64,000 nucleotides of DNA from assembly GCA_046313635.1 (NCBI GenBank), contig JBKBYA010000001.1, positions 927,481 to 991,480 of the forward strand, read 5' to 3'. The notes beneath the pieces were generated by a model. The model saw only the letters and a list, made by a program, of their open reading frames with translations, had not been told where the DNA came from and did not search any database. This DNA is from Pyrinomonadaceae bacterium (GTDB lineage Bacteria; Acidobacteriota; Blastocatellia; Pyrinomonadales; Pyrinomonadaceae). Within the stretch, counting starts at the first letter, position 1. The number at the start of each line of letters is the position of its first letter. Below are positions 9,794 to 19,250 of this stretch, in pieces. Position numbers and translations under genes: made by a program.

Positions 9794-10423
9794 ATGAGAC
9801 AGATAGCTTTGGTTTTGGGGCTCGTCGCGAGTCTCTCGATCGGCGCGGCCGCGCAGGAGCCGCGCTCGGCCGAGACAGCGGACAAGAACGACGTCGCCGA
9901 TGCGGCGTCACAGAAAGGTAACTCTGCGGCCTACGTTCGGCCCAGCTCCAAGCAGCGAAGGACGCGTTACCTGAGATCGATGTTCGGCCCGACGGCGCTC
10001 GGCAAGCGCGTCGCAACCTCAGGCATCGCGACATGGCGAAACTCGCCCGCGGAGTGGGGCGACAAGTGGGAAGGCTTCGGACGGCGATTCGCATCGTCGA
10101 CGGGCAAGAGCGTGATCAAGAACACGACCGCATTCGCGCTCGAAGAGGCGTTCAAGCTCGACAGCCGGTACTACCGCAGCCAGAAAAAAGACGTCGGCTC
10201 GCGCGTCGGCAACGCGCTCATCTCGTCGGTTACGGCTCGCAATGAGCGCGGCAAACGAGTCTTCGGCTTTCCGCGCATCGTCGGCACTTACACCGCAAGC
10301 ATCGTCGCCGCAGAGGCTTGGTATCCCGACCGTTACAGCTGGAAGAACGGCGTCAGGAGCGGCACGATGTCGCTCGGCCTTAACGCGGCCTTTAATCTGA
10401 TCAAGGAATTTTGGAAGAAGTAA
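9794..10423 (+). CDS. Exported hypothetical protein
   Basis: Signal peptide, GGGGAG RBS, 209 aa. Confidence 0.7.
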   Translation: MRQIALVLGLVASLSIGAAAQEPRSAETADKNDVADAASQKGNSAAYVRPSSKQRRTRYLRSMFGPTALGKRVATSGIATWRNSPAEWGDKWEGFGRRFASSTGKSVIKNTTAFALEEAFKLDSRYYRSQKKDVGSRVGNALISSVTARNERGKRVFGFPRIVGTYTASIVAAEAWYPDRYSWKNGVRSGTMSLGLNAAFNLIKEFWKK

Positions 10424-10510
10424 GACGGCGGTTCGAGTGCGGAGTTCCCAGTCCGGTGACGGCCACGTCGAATTTCCCCTGACGATCACCGTGGCGATCT
10501 AACTGTCTGA

Positions 10511-10542
10511 GCATAGCCACGCTGTTCACGGCGTGGCTATGC
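10511..10542. repeat. REP-like palindrome
   Basis: GCATAGCCACGC-tgttcacg-GCGTGGCTATGC, perfect 12-bp arms, no U-tail. Confidence 0.65.
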
Positions 10543-10622
10543 GAAGCCGTAATGCCAATGCAGTTCGGACGTGACGCCAGGATCCAGTTGAATTCCGACG
10601 TCAACACGACCGGTCGAGCCAT

Positions 10623-10665
10623 GGTCAACGTTGACCTCACGCCTCGAGGCGTTACTCTTTGTCTA
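10623..10665 (+). promoter_or_regulatory. Putative sigma70 promoter of thrC overlapped by a 14-bp palindrome
   Basis: GGTCAACGTTGACC (10623-10636) contains TTGACC; TACTCT at 10653-10658; ATG follows 7 nt later. Confidence 0.45.
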
Positions 10666-11832
10666 ATGAACGTCACACATCTCGAATGCGCGAACTGCGG
10701 ACTTCGTCATGAGGCCCGTACTCTTCAAAACCTCTGCGTCGAATGCGGCAAGCCGCTGCTAGTCCGTTACGATCTCGAAAGTGCTTCTCGCTCGCTGACG
10801 CGCGAGTCTCTGGCCGGCCGCGTCCCTTCGCTCTGGCGATACCGCGAGTTGCTGCCGGTCGAGCGCCCGGAAAACATCGTCTCGTTTGGCGAGGGCTGGA
10901 CGCCGCTCTTGCCCGCGAGTCGTCTAGCCGAGTCTTTGCCGGTGCGGCTCGAACTTTTTATCAAGGACGAAGGTCAAAATCCGACGCAGAGCTTTAAGGC
11001 CCGCGGTATGACGGCCGCCATCTCGATGGCCAAAGAGCTCGGCGTCGGAAAGGTCGCCGTCCCGTCCGCCGGCAACGCCGCCGGTGCGATGGCCGCTTAT
11101 GCAGCGCGAGCGGGAATGGAAGCACACATTTTTATGCCGTCGGACACGCCTCGCGCCAACGTCGTCGAATGTGAGCAGACCGGTGCATTCGTCACGCTCG
11201 TTGACGGGCTGATCACCGACTGCGGCAAGATCGTCGCCGAGCGCAAGCAGGCCGAGGGCTGGTTTGACGTTTCGACGCTCAAAGAACCGTATCGCGTCGA
11301 GGGCAAAAAGACGATGGGGTACGAATTGGCCGAGCAGTTCGGCTGGACGCTGCCGGACGTGATCGTCTATCCGACCGGCGGCGGCACCGGCCTGATCGGG
11401 ATGTGGAAGGCGTTTGACGAGATGGAGCAGATGGGCTGGATCGACGCGCGGCGACCGCGGATGATCTCGGTCCAATCGGCCACGTGCGCGCCGATCGTTC
11501 GCGCATTCAACGAAGGGAAGCGCTTTGCCGACGAATTCGAGAACGCCGAGACCGTCGCCTCGGGCCTGCGCGTGCCCAAGGCGATCGGCGACTTTTTGAT
11601 CATCGACGCCATTCGAGCATCGGGCGGTACGGCCGTCGCCGTGACCGACGAAGAGCTGATCGCCGCCGTCCGCGAGATCGGCGCGGCCGAGGGCATCTTC
11701 GCCGCGCCGGAGGGAGCCGCGTGCCTGCCCGCGCTGCGCAATTTGATCGAGCACGATCTCGTCAAAAACGGCGAAACCGTCGTCCTCTTCAACACCGGCG
11801 CCGGCGTAAAATATCTAGAAGCTTTTGGCTGA
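10666..11832 (+). CDS. thrC: Threonine synthase (PLP, fold type II)
   Basis: N-terminal CxxC..Cxx[42 protein letters not shown]. Confidence 0.9.
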   Translation: MNVTHLECANCGLRHEARTLQNLCVECGKPLLVRYDLESASRSLTRESLAGRVPSLWRYRELLPVERPENIVSFGEGWTPLLPASRLAESLPVRLELFIKDEGQNPTQSFKARGMTAAISMAKELGVGKVAVPSAGNAAGAMAAYAARAGMEAHIFMPSDTPRANVVECEQTGAFVTLVDGLITDCGKIVAERKQAEGWFDVSTLKEPYRVEGKKTMGYELAEQFGWTLPDVIVYPTGGGTGLIGMWKAFDEMEQMGWIDARRPRMISVQSATCAPIVRAFNEGKRFADEFENAETVASGLRVPKAIGDFLIIDAIRASGGTAVAVTDEELIAAVREIGAAEGIFAAPEGAACLPALRNLIEHDLVKNGETVVLFNTGAGVKYLEAFG

Positions 11833-11881
11833 AGTGTTATGATTCCCTAGCTCAACATCGAGCTCAGGGAGGCCATTTGCA

Positions 11882-13210
11882 ATGTCGAACTTTCACCGGG
11901 GAGCGAGATTTACATTTCCTGCCAAAGCAGCGACCGCGGTTTTTCTCAGCGTAGTCTTTCTGCATCCGTGCTTCGCGGCATTCACGCTCGATCCGACGTT
12001 CGCCGGCGGCGGCAAACTGACGATCGCGTTTCCAGATTCGTCTTCAAATTACACGTCACAGGCCTTCCGGATCTTCGTCCAGCCAAATAACCGGATACTC
12101 GTCGGCGGTACGTTCACGAATATGTCGCCCGACGGGCAGTTATCTGGAGTCGCCTGGGCCGGACTCACGCCCGGCGGGGCGTTGGATGCGGGTTTCGGGT
12201 CCGGCGGACTGGTGACCGACTGGCGATCGGACGCCTCGACGAGTTTTAGGGACGCGCTGATGTACGCAGACGGATCGACCTTGCGGATCTCACAGGTCTT
12301 GCGTCTCCCGGTCGGGTCGAGCACGGTCCAGACCGTACGCCTTACCGCCAATGGCTCGGTCGACAATGTTTTTGCATCGAACGTCAGCGTCGGCCCGTGC
12401 TGCTTTGGTTTTTTCAACGCTCGGCCCGTCCAGGTCGCCGTTAGAAGCGACGGTAAGATCCTGGTGCTCATAACCGACCAGGGCGAGCATTTGCTCTATA
12501 GACTGAATCCTGACGGCACGCGCGACTCGACCTTCGGCGCGAACGGCATCGTCGGAATAACTTTCAACAAATTCTCGCCGGCGAGCATCGCCGAAATGAT
12601 CGTATTGAGCGACGGCAAGATCCTGCTTGCCGGCAACATCGCGCCTTTCAACTCACCAAACGGGTCGAGCGAGTTGTTTGTCGCTCGGCTCGGCGAGTCG
12701 GGCAACTGGGACAAGACGTTCGGACGCGTCGGCGTACGGCGGTTCGCATTCGGCGCGGGAACGACCGGGACCGTCGCAAAAGCGCTCGTGCAGCCGGACG
12801 GAAACATCTTGCTGGCGGGGAGTATCTCGAACCCCGATCTTGACGTGTGGATGATGCGGCTGCGGCCGAACGCGCGGGTCGATACGTCCTTTGGGACGGG
12901 CGGCATTGTCGTCAGGGACTTCTTGCCGGGAGGAGCTGACGCCGCGGCATCGGCGGCCTTGTCCGCGGACGGCAAGGTCCGGCTCGCCGGCACGCTTGGC
13001 TCGCCGCAAAATGTTTTGGTCGCTCGATTCGCGGCAAACGGCACGTTCGAGGAGAGCACGTCCATCGAGTTCACGCCGGGGCAGTACGCCGGGGCCAACG
13101 ATGTAACGCTGCAGCCCGACGGCAAGGTCCTCGTAGCAGGCTACACAAGACATCCCAACACGGCGGCGACCACCGGGAGCGTTTTTGCCGTCGCTCGCCT
13201 CACTGAATAG
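11882..13210 (+). CDS. Secreted beta-propeller with delta-60-type repeats
   Basis: Repeated QPDGKILxAG...RLxxDGxxDxTFG units; signal peptide; GGGAGG RBS. Confidence 0.8.
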   Translation: MSNFHRGARFTFPAKAATAVFLSVVFLHPCFAAFTLDPTFAGGGKLTIAFPDSSSNYTSQAFRIFVQPNNRILVGGTFTNMSPDGQLSGVAWAGLTPGGALDAGFGSGGLVTDWRSDASTSFRDALMYADGSTLRISQVLRLPVGSSTVQTVRLTANGSVDNVFASNVSVGPCCFGFFNARPVQVAVRSDGKILVLITDQGEHLLYRLNPDGTRDSTFGANGIVGITFNKFSPASIAEMIVLSDGKILLAGNIAPFNSPNGSSELFVARLGESGNWDKTFGRVGVRRFAFGAGTTGTVAKALVQPDGNILLAGSISNPDLDVWMMRLRPNARVDTSFGTGGIVVRDFLPGGADAAASAALSADGKVRLAGTLGSPQNVLVARFAANGTFEESTSIEFTPGQYAGANDVTLQPDGKVLVAGYTRHPNTAATTGSVFAVARLTE

Positions 13211-13557
13211 CGGACAGCACCGCCGCGCAACGTCGCGGGCGGGCCGATCGACGGCGGCGGACCGGCCGATCCCGGATGGCTTGGCGCTTTCGATCGACGC
13301 GATTTATTCGTAATATCGTCTTATCGACAGGAGCGAGCGGGGGGCAGGTAGCAAGTGAAAGGTTCAGCGAGTTCGAAACAGGTCGGCGATGTTGCGCATC
13401 CGGCGTGCGGATCTGCGTCGATGCCGCGAACGATCGAGCCCGCCGGAGCGCCGCCGGAGGTCGTGCCCGCCGCGTCGCGCGTCAAAGACCGAGGCGATCT
13501 TGCGATCGCCATCCCCGCCGCACCCCAGCCCTCCACCGCTACAAGGACAATGACGAA

Positions 13558-15588
13558 ATGAGCAAAGGGAAGATACTGATCGTCGATGACGAGCCCGATG
13601 AGCTGCGAGAGTATTCTCAGATCGTCGGCAGCGACGGCTATGAGGTGATCGAGGCGGCCGGCAGCTCTGATTGGCTGAAACATTTCGAGGAGAGCGCTCC
13701 GGACGTCGTGCTGGTCGACGCGGTTCTCGACAACGGCGTTGCGGGCGTCGACGTGTGCCGGCAGATCAAATCGTTGAACGGCACGGCGGGGAGCCTCGTG
13801 CTGATGATCTCGGGCGAGCGCGTCTCGCCCGATCATATCGCCGAGGCCCTCGAGTTCGGTGCCGACGGTTATCTGAATAAGCCGGTCGAACCGAAGGTAC
13901 TGCTCGCGCACATTCGCGCGCTGATGCGTATCAAGGCCGCCGAACGCGAGCTCAGCGAGAGCCGTGAACAATACCGAGAGATCGCCGAGCAGCTCAAAGT
14001 GTCTAACCGGCGGCTCGAGGAATATAACCGTCTCAAGGCGGAGTTCATCGCCAATATGTCGCACGAGCTCCGCACTCCGCTGACCGCGATCATCGGTTTT
14101 GCGCAGCTAAGCAAGCTCAAACCTCCATCGACCCCGGTACCGCCGGAGTGCGACGTTGCCTTTGACCGAATACTGCAGAACGGCAAGCATCTCCTCTCGC
14201 TGATCGACGAGGTGCTCGACGTGGCAAAGATCGAAGCAGGCCGGCTGCGCATCCACCGCGAGCACGTCGACGTCGCCGATCTGGCGCGCAGCGCATTTGA
14301 GGAGCTCCAGGCGCTCGCTCTGCAAAAGGGTCTCGACTATCGCCTAAAGGTGCTCGAGGACATCCCTCTCGCGCTTACCGACCCGCTCAGGCTGCGGCAG
14401 GTGATGATCAACCTGCTCTCGAACGCGATCAAATTCACCAATAAGGGCGGTGTCGAGGCCGAATTGACCCGCCCGGACAAGGATCATTTCCGATTCGCTG
14501 TCCGCGATACCGGCATCGGCATCGAGGACGAGGCCGTCGATCTGATATTTGAGCGCTTCAGGCAGATCGACGGGACGTCGACGAGGCTCGCCGGCGGCAC
14601 CGGCCTCGGCCTCTCGATCGTCAAGCAGATCGTTCTGCTGATGGGCGGCACGATCGGGGTCAGTTCAAAGTCTGGCGAAGGGTCGGTCTTTACCGTCACG
14701 CTCCCGCTCGCCGTGCGCGAGGAGATCCACGCCGAGCGGCCCGACAGCGGCGACCTGAACGGCCGCTCGGAGCCCGAGGAAAGGCCGCACGAGGACGACG
14801 ACCGCCCGCTAGTGCTGATCGTCGAGGACGACCCGGACATGGCCGAGCTCTTATCGGAGACGGTGTCAAAAGCGGATTATCGTGTCCGCATAGCCCACTC
14901 CGGCGCCGATGGGCTCAGGTTTGCCCGCGATAATGACGTCGCCGCGATCGTCCTCGACGTGATGATGCCGGGGATGGACGGCTGGAAGGTGCTCCAAGAG
15001 CTCAAATCCGAGCGCCGCACCGCGGCGATACCGGTCATCGTCTGCTCGATCGTCGACAACCGACCGCTCGGTTACCGTTTGGGAGCGTCAAACTATCTGA
15101 TCAAGCCGATCGACCCCGAGGGCCTGCTCTCGGCGCTCAAGAACGCCGGAACCGCCGGGGCCCGTGCCGACGGCGACGGCGGTTACGTGCTGGTCGTCGA
15201 CGACGAGCACGGCATCCGCGAGCTGCTCTCGACGGCGCTGAAAAAGGCTGGCTTTGACGCTCGGTCGGCGGCAAGCGGCGAAATGGCGCTCAAGATGGTC
15301 AGCGAGGTCCCGCCAAAAGCGATCATCTCAGACCTGATGATGCCCGGCGGCATGAGCGGTTACGAGCTGATCGCCCGCGTGCGGGCCGACAAGCGGACCG
15401 AGCATGTTCCGATCATCATCATTACGGGCAAGGATATGACGCCCGACGACAGGCGATTCATCATCGGTGAGATCGCCCGCGTGATCAAAAAAGGCGACCT
15501 GCTGATGTCAGACCTCGAGACGCGGCTCAGACAGACGCTCGAAGAAATAGGAGTGAATCCATCCAGTGGCGAAAGTACTACTCGTTGA
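13558..15588 (+). CDS. Soluble hybrid histidine kinase (REC-HisKA-HATPase-REC-REC)
   Basis: KILIVDD; MSHELRTPL; NLLSNAIKFT, DTGIGI, GTGLGL; two C-terminal receivers (LDVMMP, SDLMMP); start MSKGK. Confidence 0.92.
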   Translation: MSKGKILIVDDEPDELREYSQIVGSDGYEVIEAAGSSDWLKHFEESAPDVVLVDAVLDNGVAGVDVCRQIKSLNGTAGSLVLMISGERVSPDHIAEALEFGADGYLNKPVEPKVLLAHIRALMRIKAAERELSESREQYREIAEQLKVSNRRLEEYNRLKAEFIANMSHELRTPLTAIIGFAQLSKLKPPSTPVPPECDVAFDRILQNGKHLLSLIDEVLDVAKIEAGRLRIHREHVDVADLARSAFEELQALALQKGLDYRLKVLEDIPLALTDPLRLRQVMINLLSNAIKFTNKGGVEAELTRPDKDHFRFAVRDTGIGIEDEAVDLIFERFRQIDGTSTRLAGGTGLGLSIVKQIVLLMGGTIGVSSKSGEGSVFTVTLPLAVREEIHAERPDSGDLNGRSEPEERPHEDDDRPLVLIVEDDPDMAELLSETVSKADYRVRIAHSGADGLRFARDNDVAAIVLDVMMPGMDGWKVLQELKSERRTAAIPVIVCSIVDNRPLGYRLGASNYLIKPIDPEGLLSALKNAGTAGARADGDGGYVLVVDDEHGIRELLSTALKKAGFDARSAASGEMALKMVSEVPPKAIISDLMMPGGMSGYELIARVRADKRTEHVPIIIITGKDMTPDDRRFIIGEIARVIKKGDLLMSDLETRLRQTLEEIGVNPSSGESTTR

Positions 15589-15958
15589 GGACCATCAGGA
15601 CTCGCGGGAACTGATCAGCGCCATCCTCGAGATCGACGGGTACGTCGTCGAGCTGGCGGCACGCGGAGAGGACGGCGTGCGAATGGCGGTCGAGCAGCCG
15701 CCGGATATGATCATTCTCGACATCAGCCTCGCCGGCGAGATCGACGGCATCGAGACGCTTCGGCGTCTGCGTGCGCATTCAGCACTCGATCATGTCCCGG
15801 TCTACGCCCTGACCGCACATACGACGCTCTCCGACCGGCAGGCCATCGCGAGCGCCGGTTTTGACAAGTATCTCACCAAGCCTATCGTCGATCTCAATGG
15901 CTTTAGACGCGAGATCAGCGAAGCACTAGTCAAAGGGCGCCGGCCGGCATCGACCTGA
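15566..15958 (+). CDS. Single-domain response regulator (DivK/CheY-like)
   Basis: VLLVED, ILDISL, ALTAH, YLTKPI; overlaps the kinase end. Confidence 0.9.
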   Translation: MAKVLLVEDHQDSRELISAILEIDGYVVELAARGEDGVRMAVEQPPDMIILDISLAGEIDGIETLRRLRAHSALDHVPVYALTAHTTLSDRQAIASAGFDKYLTKPIVDLNGFRREISEALVKGRRPAST

Positions 15959-16099
15959 GCAGGCGCGAGAGTCGCCGCCGCGACGAGCCGCAGACCCCGA
16001 TCCGCAGGTCTCGCTCCGCCCGTAATCGTTCGCCTGCCGCTGCGGTTTTTGATACCATCGGTGAACTGAAGACCGGCACTCTTGCGGCCACACTACAAT

Positions 16100-18046
16100 A
16101 TGTTTAGCGATAACTTCAGACGCGGCGAGGGGAAGGGCGGCCGTAAAGGTTCAAAGGCCGTCTCCAAATTGGCCGACATCGGCTGGAAGGCGTTCCAAGC
16201 GGTCAACACGGCGCTGCCCGAGGGCAAGGCGATCCAGCCGAAGTGGGCCGCGGAGCCGCTGCTCAAGTCATACGAACGCACGGCCCCGCCGCTCGGCTTC
16301 CCGCGCGAGACCGACAGCCTCTGTCCGGCCTGCGTCAAGGCCGTGCGCAACGGCGTCATCTCGGGCGACATCCCGCTCGACATCCTGATGCACTCGCATC
16401 CCGGCGAGATCAAGGCGCAGATCGTCGAGGAGAACGGCCAGGTCATAATGCGCAAGACCTGCCCGACGCACGGCGAATTTGAGGACGTGCTGGCGACCGA
16501 CGCTCGCTTTTTGGAGCGGATCGAGTCGCTCTTTTTCGGCCGCGACTTTCGCTCGGCCGAGGACGAACACGTCCATCATCACGGCACGAGCGACATCAAA
16601 TTCGGCCGCGGCGCGGTGCTGACGGTCGACCTGACGAACCGCTGCAACATGATGTGCAATCCGTGCTTCATGGACGCGAACCAGGTCGGGTACGTGCACG
16701 AGCCGACGTTCGATGACATCAAGGCGATCCTCGACCGCGCCGTCAGCTTCAAGCCTCGCCGGCAGATCATCATCCTCTTCTCGGGCGGCGAGCCGACGCT
16801 GTCGCCCTTCTTTCTAGACGCCGTCGCGTACGCCAGGAAGATCGGCTTTTACCGCATCCTCGCCGCGACCAACGGCATCCGCTACGCCGAGGACATCGAA
16901 TTTTGCAAAGCCGCGAAAGAGGCCGGTCAGCACGGCGTCTATCTGCAGTTTGACGGAACGAACGAGGAGGACAACAAGCACCGCGGCGTCGGCAATCTCT
17001 TTGACGTCAAGCTCAAAGCGATCGAGAATCTCGCTTCGGTCGGCATCAAGGTCACGCTTGTGACGACGATCGTCAACTCGTGGAACAATCAGGGCATCGG
17101 CAGCATCGTCAAATTCGCCGCGCAGAATATCGATAAGGTGCAGACCATCGCCTTCCAGCCGGTCTCGTTCACAGGCCGCGATGAGGACGTCTCCGACGCC
17201 GACCGCAGGCAGCAGCGCTATACGCTCGCCGGGATGACGCACGACCTCGAGCAGCAGCTCGACGGCGTGCTGCAGCCGATGCGCGACTGGTTTCCGCTAT
17301 CGTCGTATTCGGCATTTACGAGCGTGATGGATATGCTGCAGGGCGCCGACGCGCCGTGGGGCTGGTCGTCGTGCAACTGCCATCCGAACTGCGGCATTTT
17401 TACTCTCGTCGTCGTCAACAAAAAGACCAACGAGATGCGCTCGCTATTTGAGTTTTTCAACTACGAGCGGTTCATGAAGGATGTCGCAAAGATCACCGAC
17501 ACCGCCCGCGGCAAAAAGCTCACGATGGCGCAGCTCGCGATGGCGATCATGCGAAACTACGACGCCGCGAGAGCACCCGAAGGTTTCCCGATCTCGCAGA
17601 TCGTCAATTTGTTCAAGCCGTCGTCGACCGTCTCTAATTCGGATCGAAACGACCGCATGAAGACCGCGAAGTCGGACGAGGACGTCTGGCGCGTGCTGTG
17701 CGTCGAAGGGATGTGGTTTCAAGACCTCTTCACCTACGACTTTCGCCGAACGGAAATGTGCGTCATCCCGTACGGCACGCAGGAGGGCGAGATCTCGTTC
17801 TGCGCCTACAACACCGGCGTCGGCTGGCGGCAGATCATCGAGGAGATGCACAAGACCGCTTCGCTCTCAGACTGGTACAAGGAGCACGGCCGTCACGCGG
17901 TTTACGCCAAGGGCAAGGCGGTTCCCGGCATCGAAAAGACGCGCTCGCTTTCGCTCCCTGTGATCGCAAAGGTCCTCGAGCAGGACATAGACAAGCCTGC
18001 CGTCTCGCCGTACCTCGTCGACGACGAAGAAACCGTCAGCGTGTAG
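16100..18046 (+). CDS. Radical SAM enzyme, tetraether synthase (Tes/GDGT-MAS)-like
   Basis: SLCPAC...KTCPTHG N-domain; DLTNRCNMMCNPCF (CX3CX2C); FSGGEPT; YLQFDG; QPVSFTGR; CHPNCG; C-terminal C..PY...FCAYN; exact start uncertain. Confidence 0.8.
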   Translation: MFSDNFRRGEGKGGRKGSKAVSKLADIGWKAFQAVNTALPEGKAIQPKWAAEPLLKSYERTAPPLGFPRETDSLCPACVKAVRNGVISGDIPLDILMHSHPGEIKAQIVEENGQVIMRKTCPTHGEFEDVLATDARFLERIESLFFGRDFRSAEDEHVHHHGTSDIKFGRGAVLTVDLTNRCNMMCNPCFMDANQVGYVHEPTFDDIKAILDRAVSFKPRRQIIILFSGGEPTLSPFFLDAVAYARKIGFYRILAATNGIRYAEDIEFCKAAKEAGQHGVYLQFDGTNEEDNKHRGVGNLFDVKLKAIENLASVGIKVTLVTTIVNSWNNQGIGSIVKFAAQNIDKVQTIAFQPVSFTGRDEDVSDADRRQQRYTLAGMTHDLEQQLDGVLQPMRDWFPLSSYSAFTSVMDMLQGADAPWGWSSCNCHPNCGIFTLVVVNKKTNEMRSLFEFFNYERFMKDVAKITDTARGKKLTMAQLAMAIMRNYDAARAPEGFPISQIVNLFKPSSTVSNSDRNDRMKTAKSDEDVWRVLCVEGMWFQDLFTYDFRRTEMCVIPYGTQEGEISFCAYNTGVGWRQIIEEMHKTASLSDWYKEHGRHAVYAKGKAVPGIEKTRSLSLPVIAKVLEQDIDKPAVSPYLVDDEETVSV

Positions 18047-18064
18047 TCTTGCTGTTGCCTCCGA

Positions 18065-18134
18065 GATAACGGATAACTAATGACGGATAACTCAGAACGG
18101 TTATCCGTTATTCGTTATCCGTTTTCAGTTATTC
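18065..18134. repeat. Inverted heptamer array (GATAACG x4 / GTTATCC x5)
   Basis: gataacg gataact aatgacg gataact ... gttatcc gttattc gttatcc gttttca gttattc. Confidence 0.75.
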
Positions 18135-18152
18135 CGAAGAGTTTTGTATTCG

Positions 18153-19250
18153 ATGAATAGTCTCGTCTTCACAAACATGATCCACCGCCCCGCGCGGACG
18201 GCGGTGAGCATCATCGGGATCGGCGTCGGCATCCTGCTGATCGTCTTCACGGTCGGTTTGGCGAACGGCAGTCTCCGCGAACGCGCGCAGCGCGAGGCGA
18301 ATGTCGGGGCCGAGATAATGCTGCGCGCGTCGGGCAGTCTCGGACTGAGCGGTTCGGAATCGCTCCGGCTGCCGCAATCGCTCGCCCGCGAGATCATGTC
18401 GGTCGACGGCGTCGAAAAAGCGATCGCGATCGCGCAGAACAGCGTCGCCGCAAAAGACTCCAATACCGGCAGCCGCCTGATCGACGGTGTGAATTTTGAC
18501 GAGTATGCCGACGTCGCCGGGCTGCAGGTGATCGAGGGCAGGCGGCTCAACGAGGGCGGTGACGAGTTCGTGACCGACTCGGCCTGGGCCCGGCAGCGAG
18601 GTCTGAGGCTCGGCGACAAGATGCAGCTTTACGATCGCGATTTCACGTTTGTCGGCACGTACGAGCCGAGCGCCGGGGCCCGCATCAAGATACCGCTCTC
18701 GACGATGCAGACGCAGCTCGGCGCCGAAGGCAAGGCGTCGGCGATCCTCGTCAAGCTCAAACCCGGGGTCGAGCCCGATGCCGCAGCCGCCGCGCTGCAC
18801 GACCGATTTCCGGATAATCAGATCATCCTGACCCGAGATCTCGAGGAGCTGTATATGCAGGGCTTTCCGGCGCTGAATGTCTTTCTCAACGTCGTGATCG
18901 GCGTTGCCGGCGTCGTGAGCGCGATGATCATACTGCTCACGATGTACACGACCGTTACAGAGCGCACGCGCCAGATCGGCGTGCTCAAGTCGCTCGGAAT
19001 GTCCAACCCGAGGATCGCGTGGCTGATCGTCCAGGAAGCGCTGCTGATCAGCGCGGGCGGGGTCGTGTTTGGCGTGGCCGGCACATTCGCGTTGAAGTAT
19101 CTGCTCTCCGATACGCTGACCGTCAAGATCGAGCCGTGGGTCGTCCTCAGTATCGTTGCCGTCGGTCTCTTGAGCGGCGTGATCGGCGCTCTCTACCCGG
19201 GACTCCGCGCGGCGCGGCTCGATGCGGTCGAGGCTCTCAGCTACGAGTGA
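18153..19250 (+). CDS. ABC permease, MacB/FtsX family
   Basis: R..RT.VS..GIGVG N-terminal TM, ERTRQIGVLKSLG, YPGLRAARLDAVEAL. Confidence 0.88.
   Translation: MNSLVFTNMIHRPARTAVSIIGIGVGILLIVFTVGLANGSLRERAQREANVGAEIMLRASGSLGLSGSESLRLPQSLAREIMSVDGVEKAIAIAQNSVAAKDSNTGSRLIDGVNFDEYADVAGLQVIEGRRLNEGGDEFVTDSAWARQRGLRLGDKMQLYDRDFTFVGTYEPSAGARIKIPLSTMQTQLGAEGKASAILVKLKPGVEPDAAAAALHDRFPDNQIILTRDLEELYMQGFPALNVFLNVVIGVAGVVSAMIILLTMYTTVTERTRQIGVLKSLGMSNPRIAWLIVQEALLISAGGVVFGVAGTFALKYLLSDTLTVKIEPWVVLSIVAVGLLSGVIGALYPGLRAARLDAVEALSYE

Noticed and set aside
16100..18046. Radical SAM as MoaA or a RiPP maturase
   Set aside because: Motif set and length fit the Tes-like family; no adjacent precursor peptide or Moco genes seen
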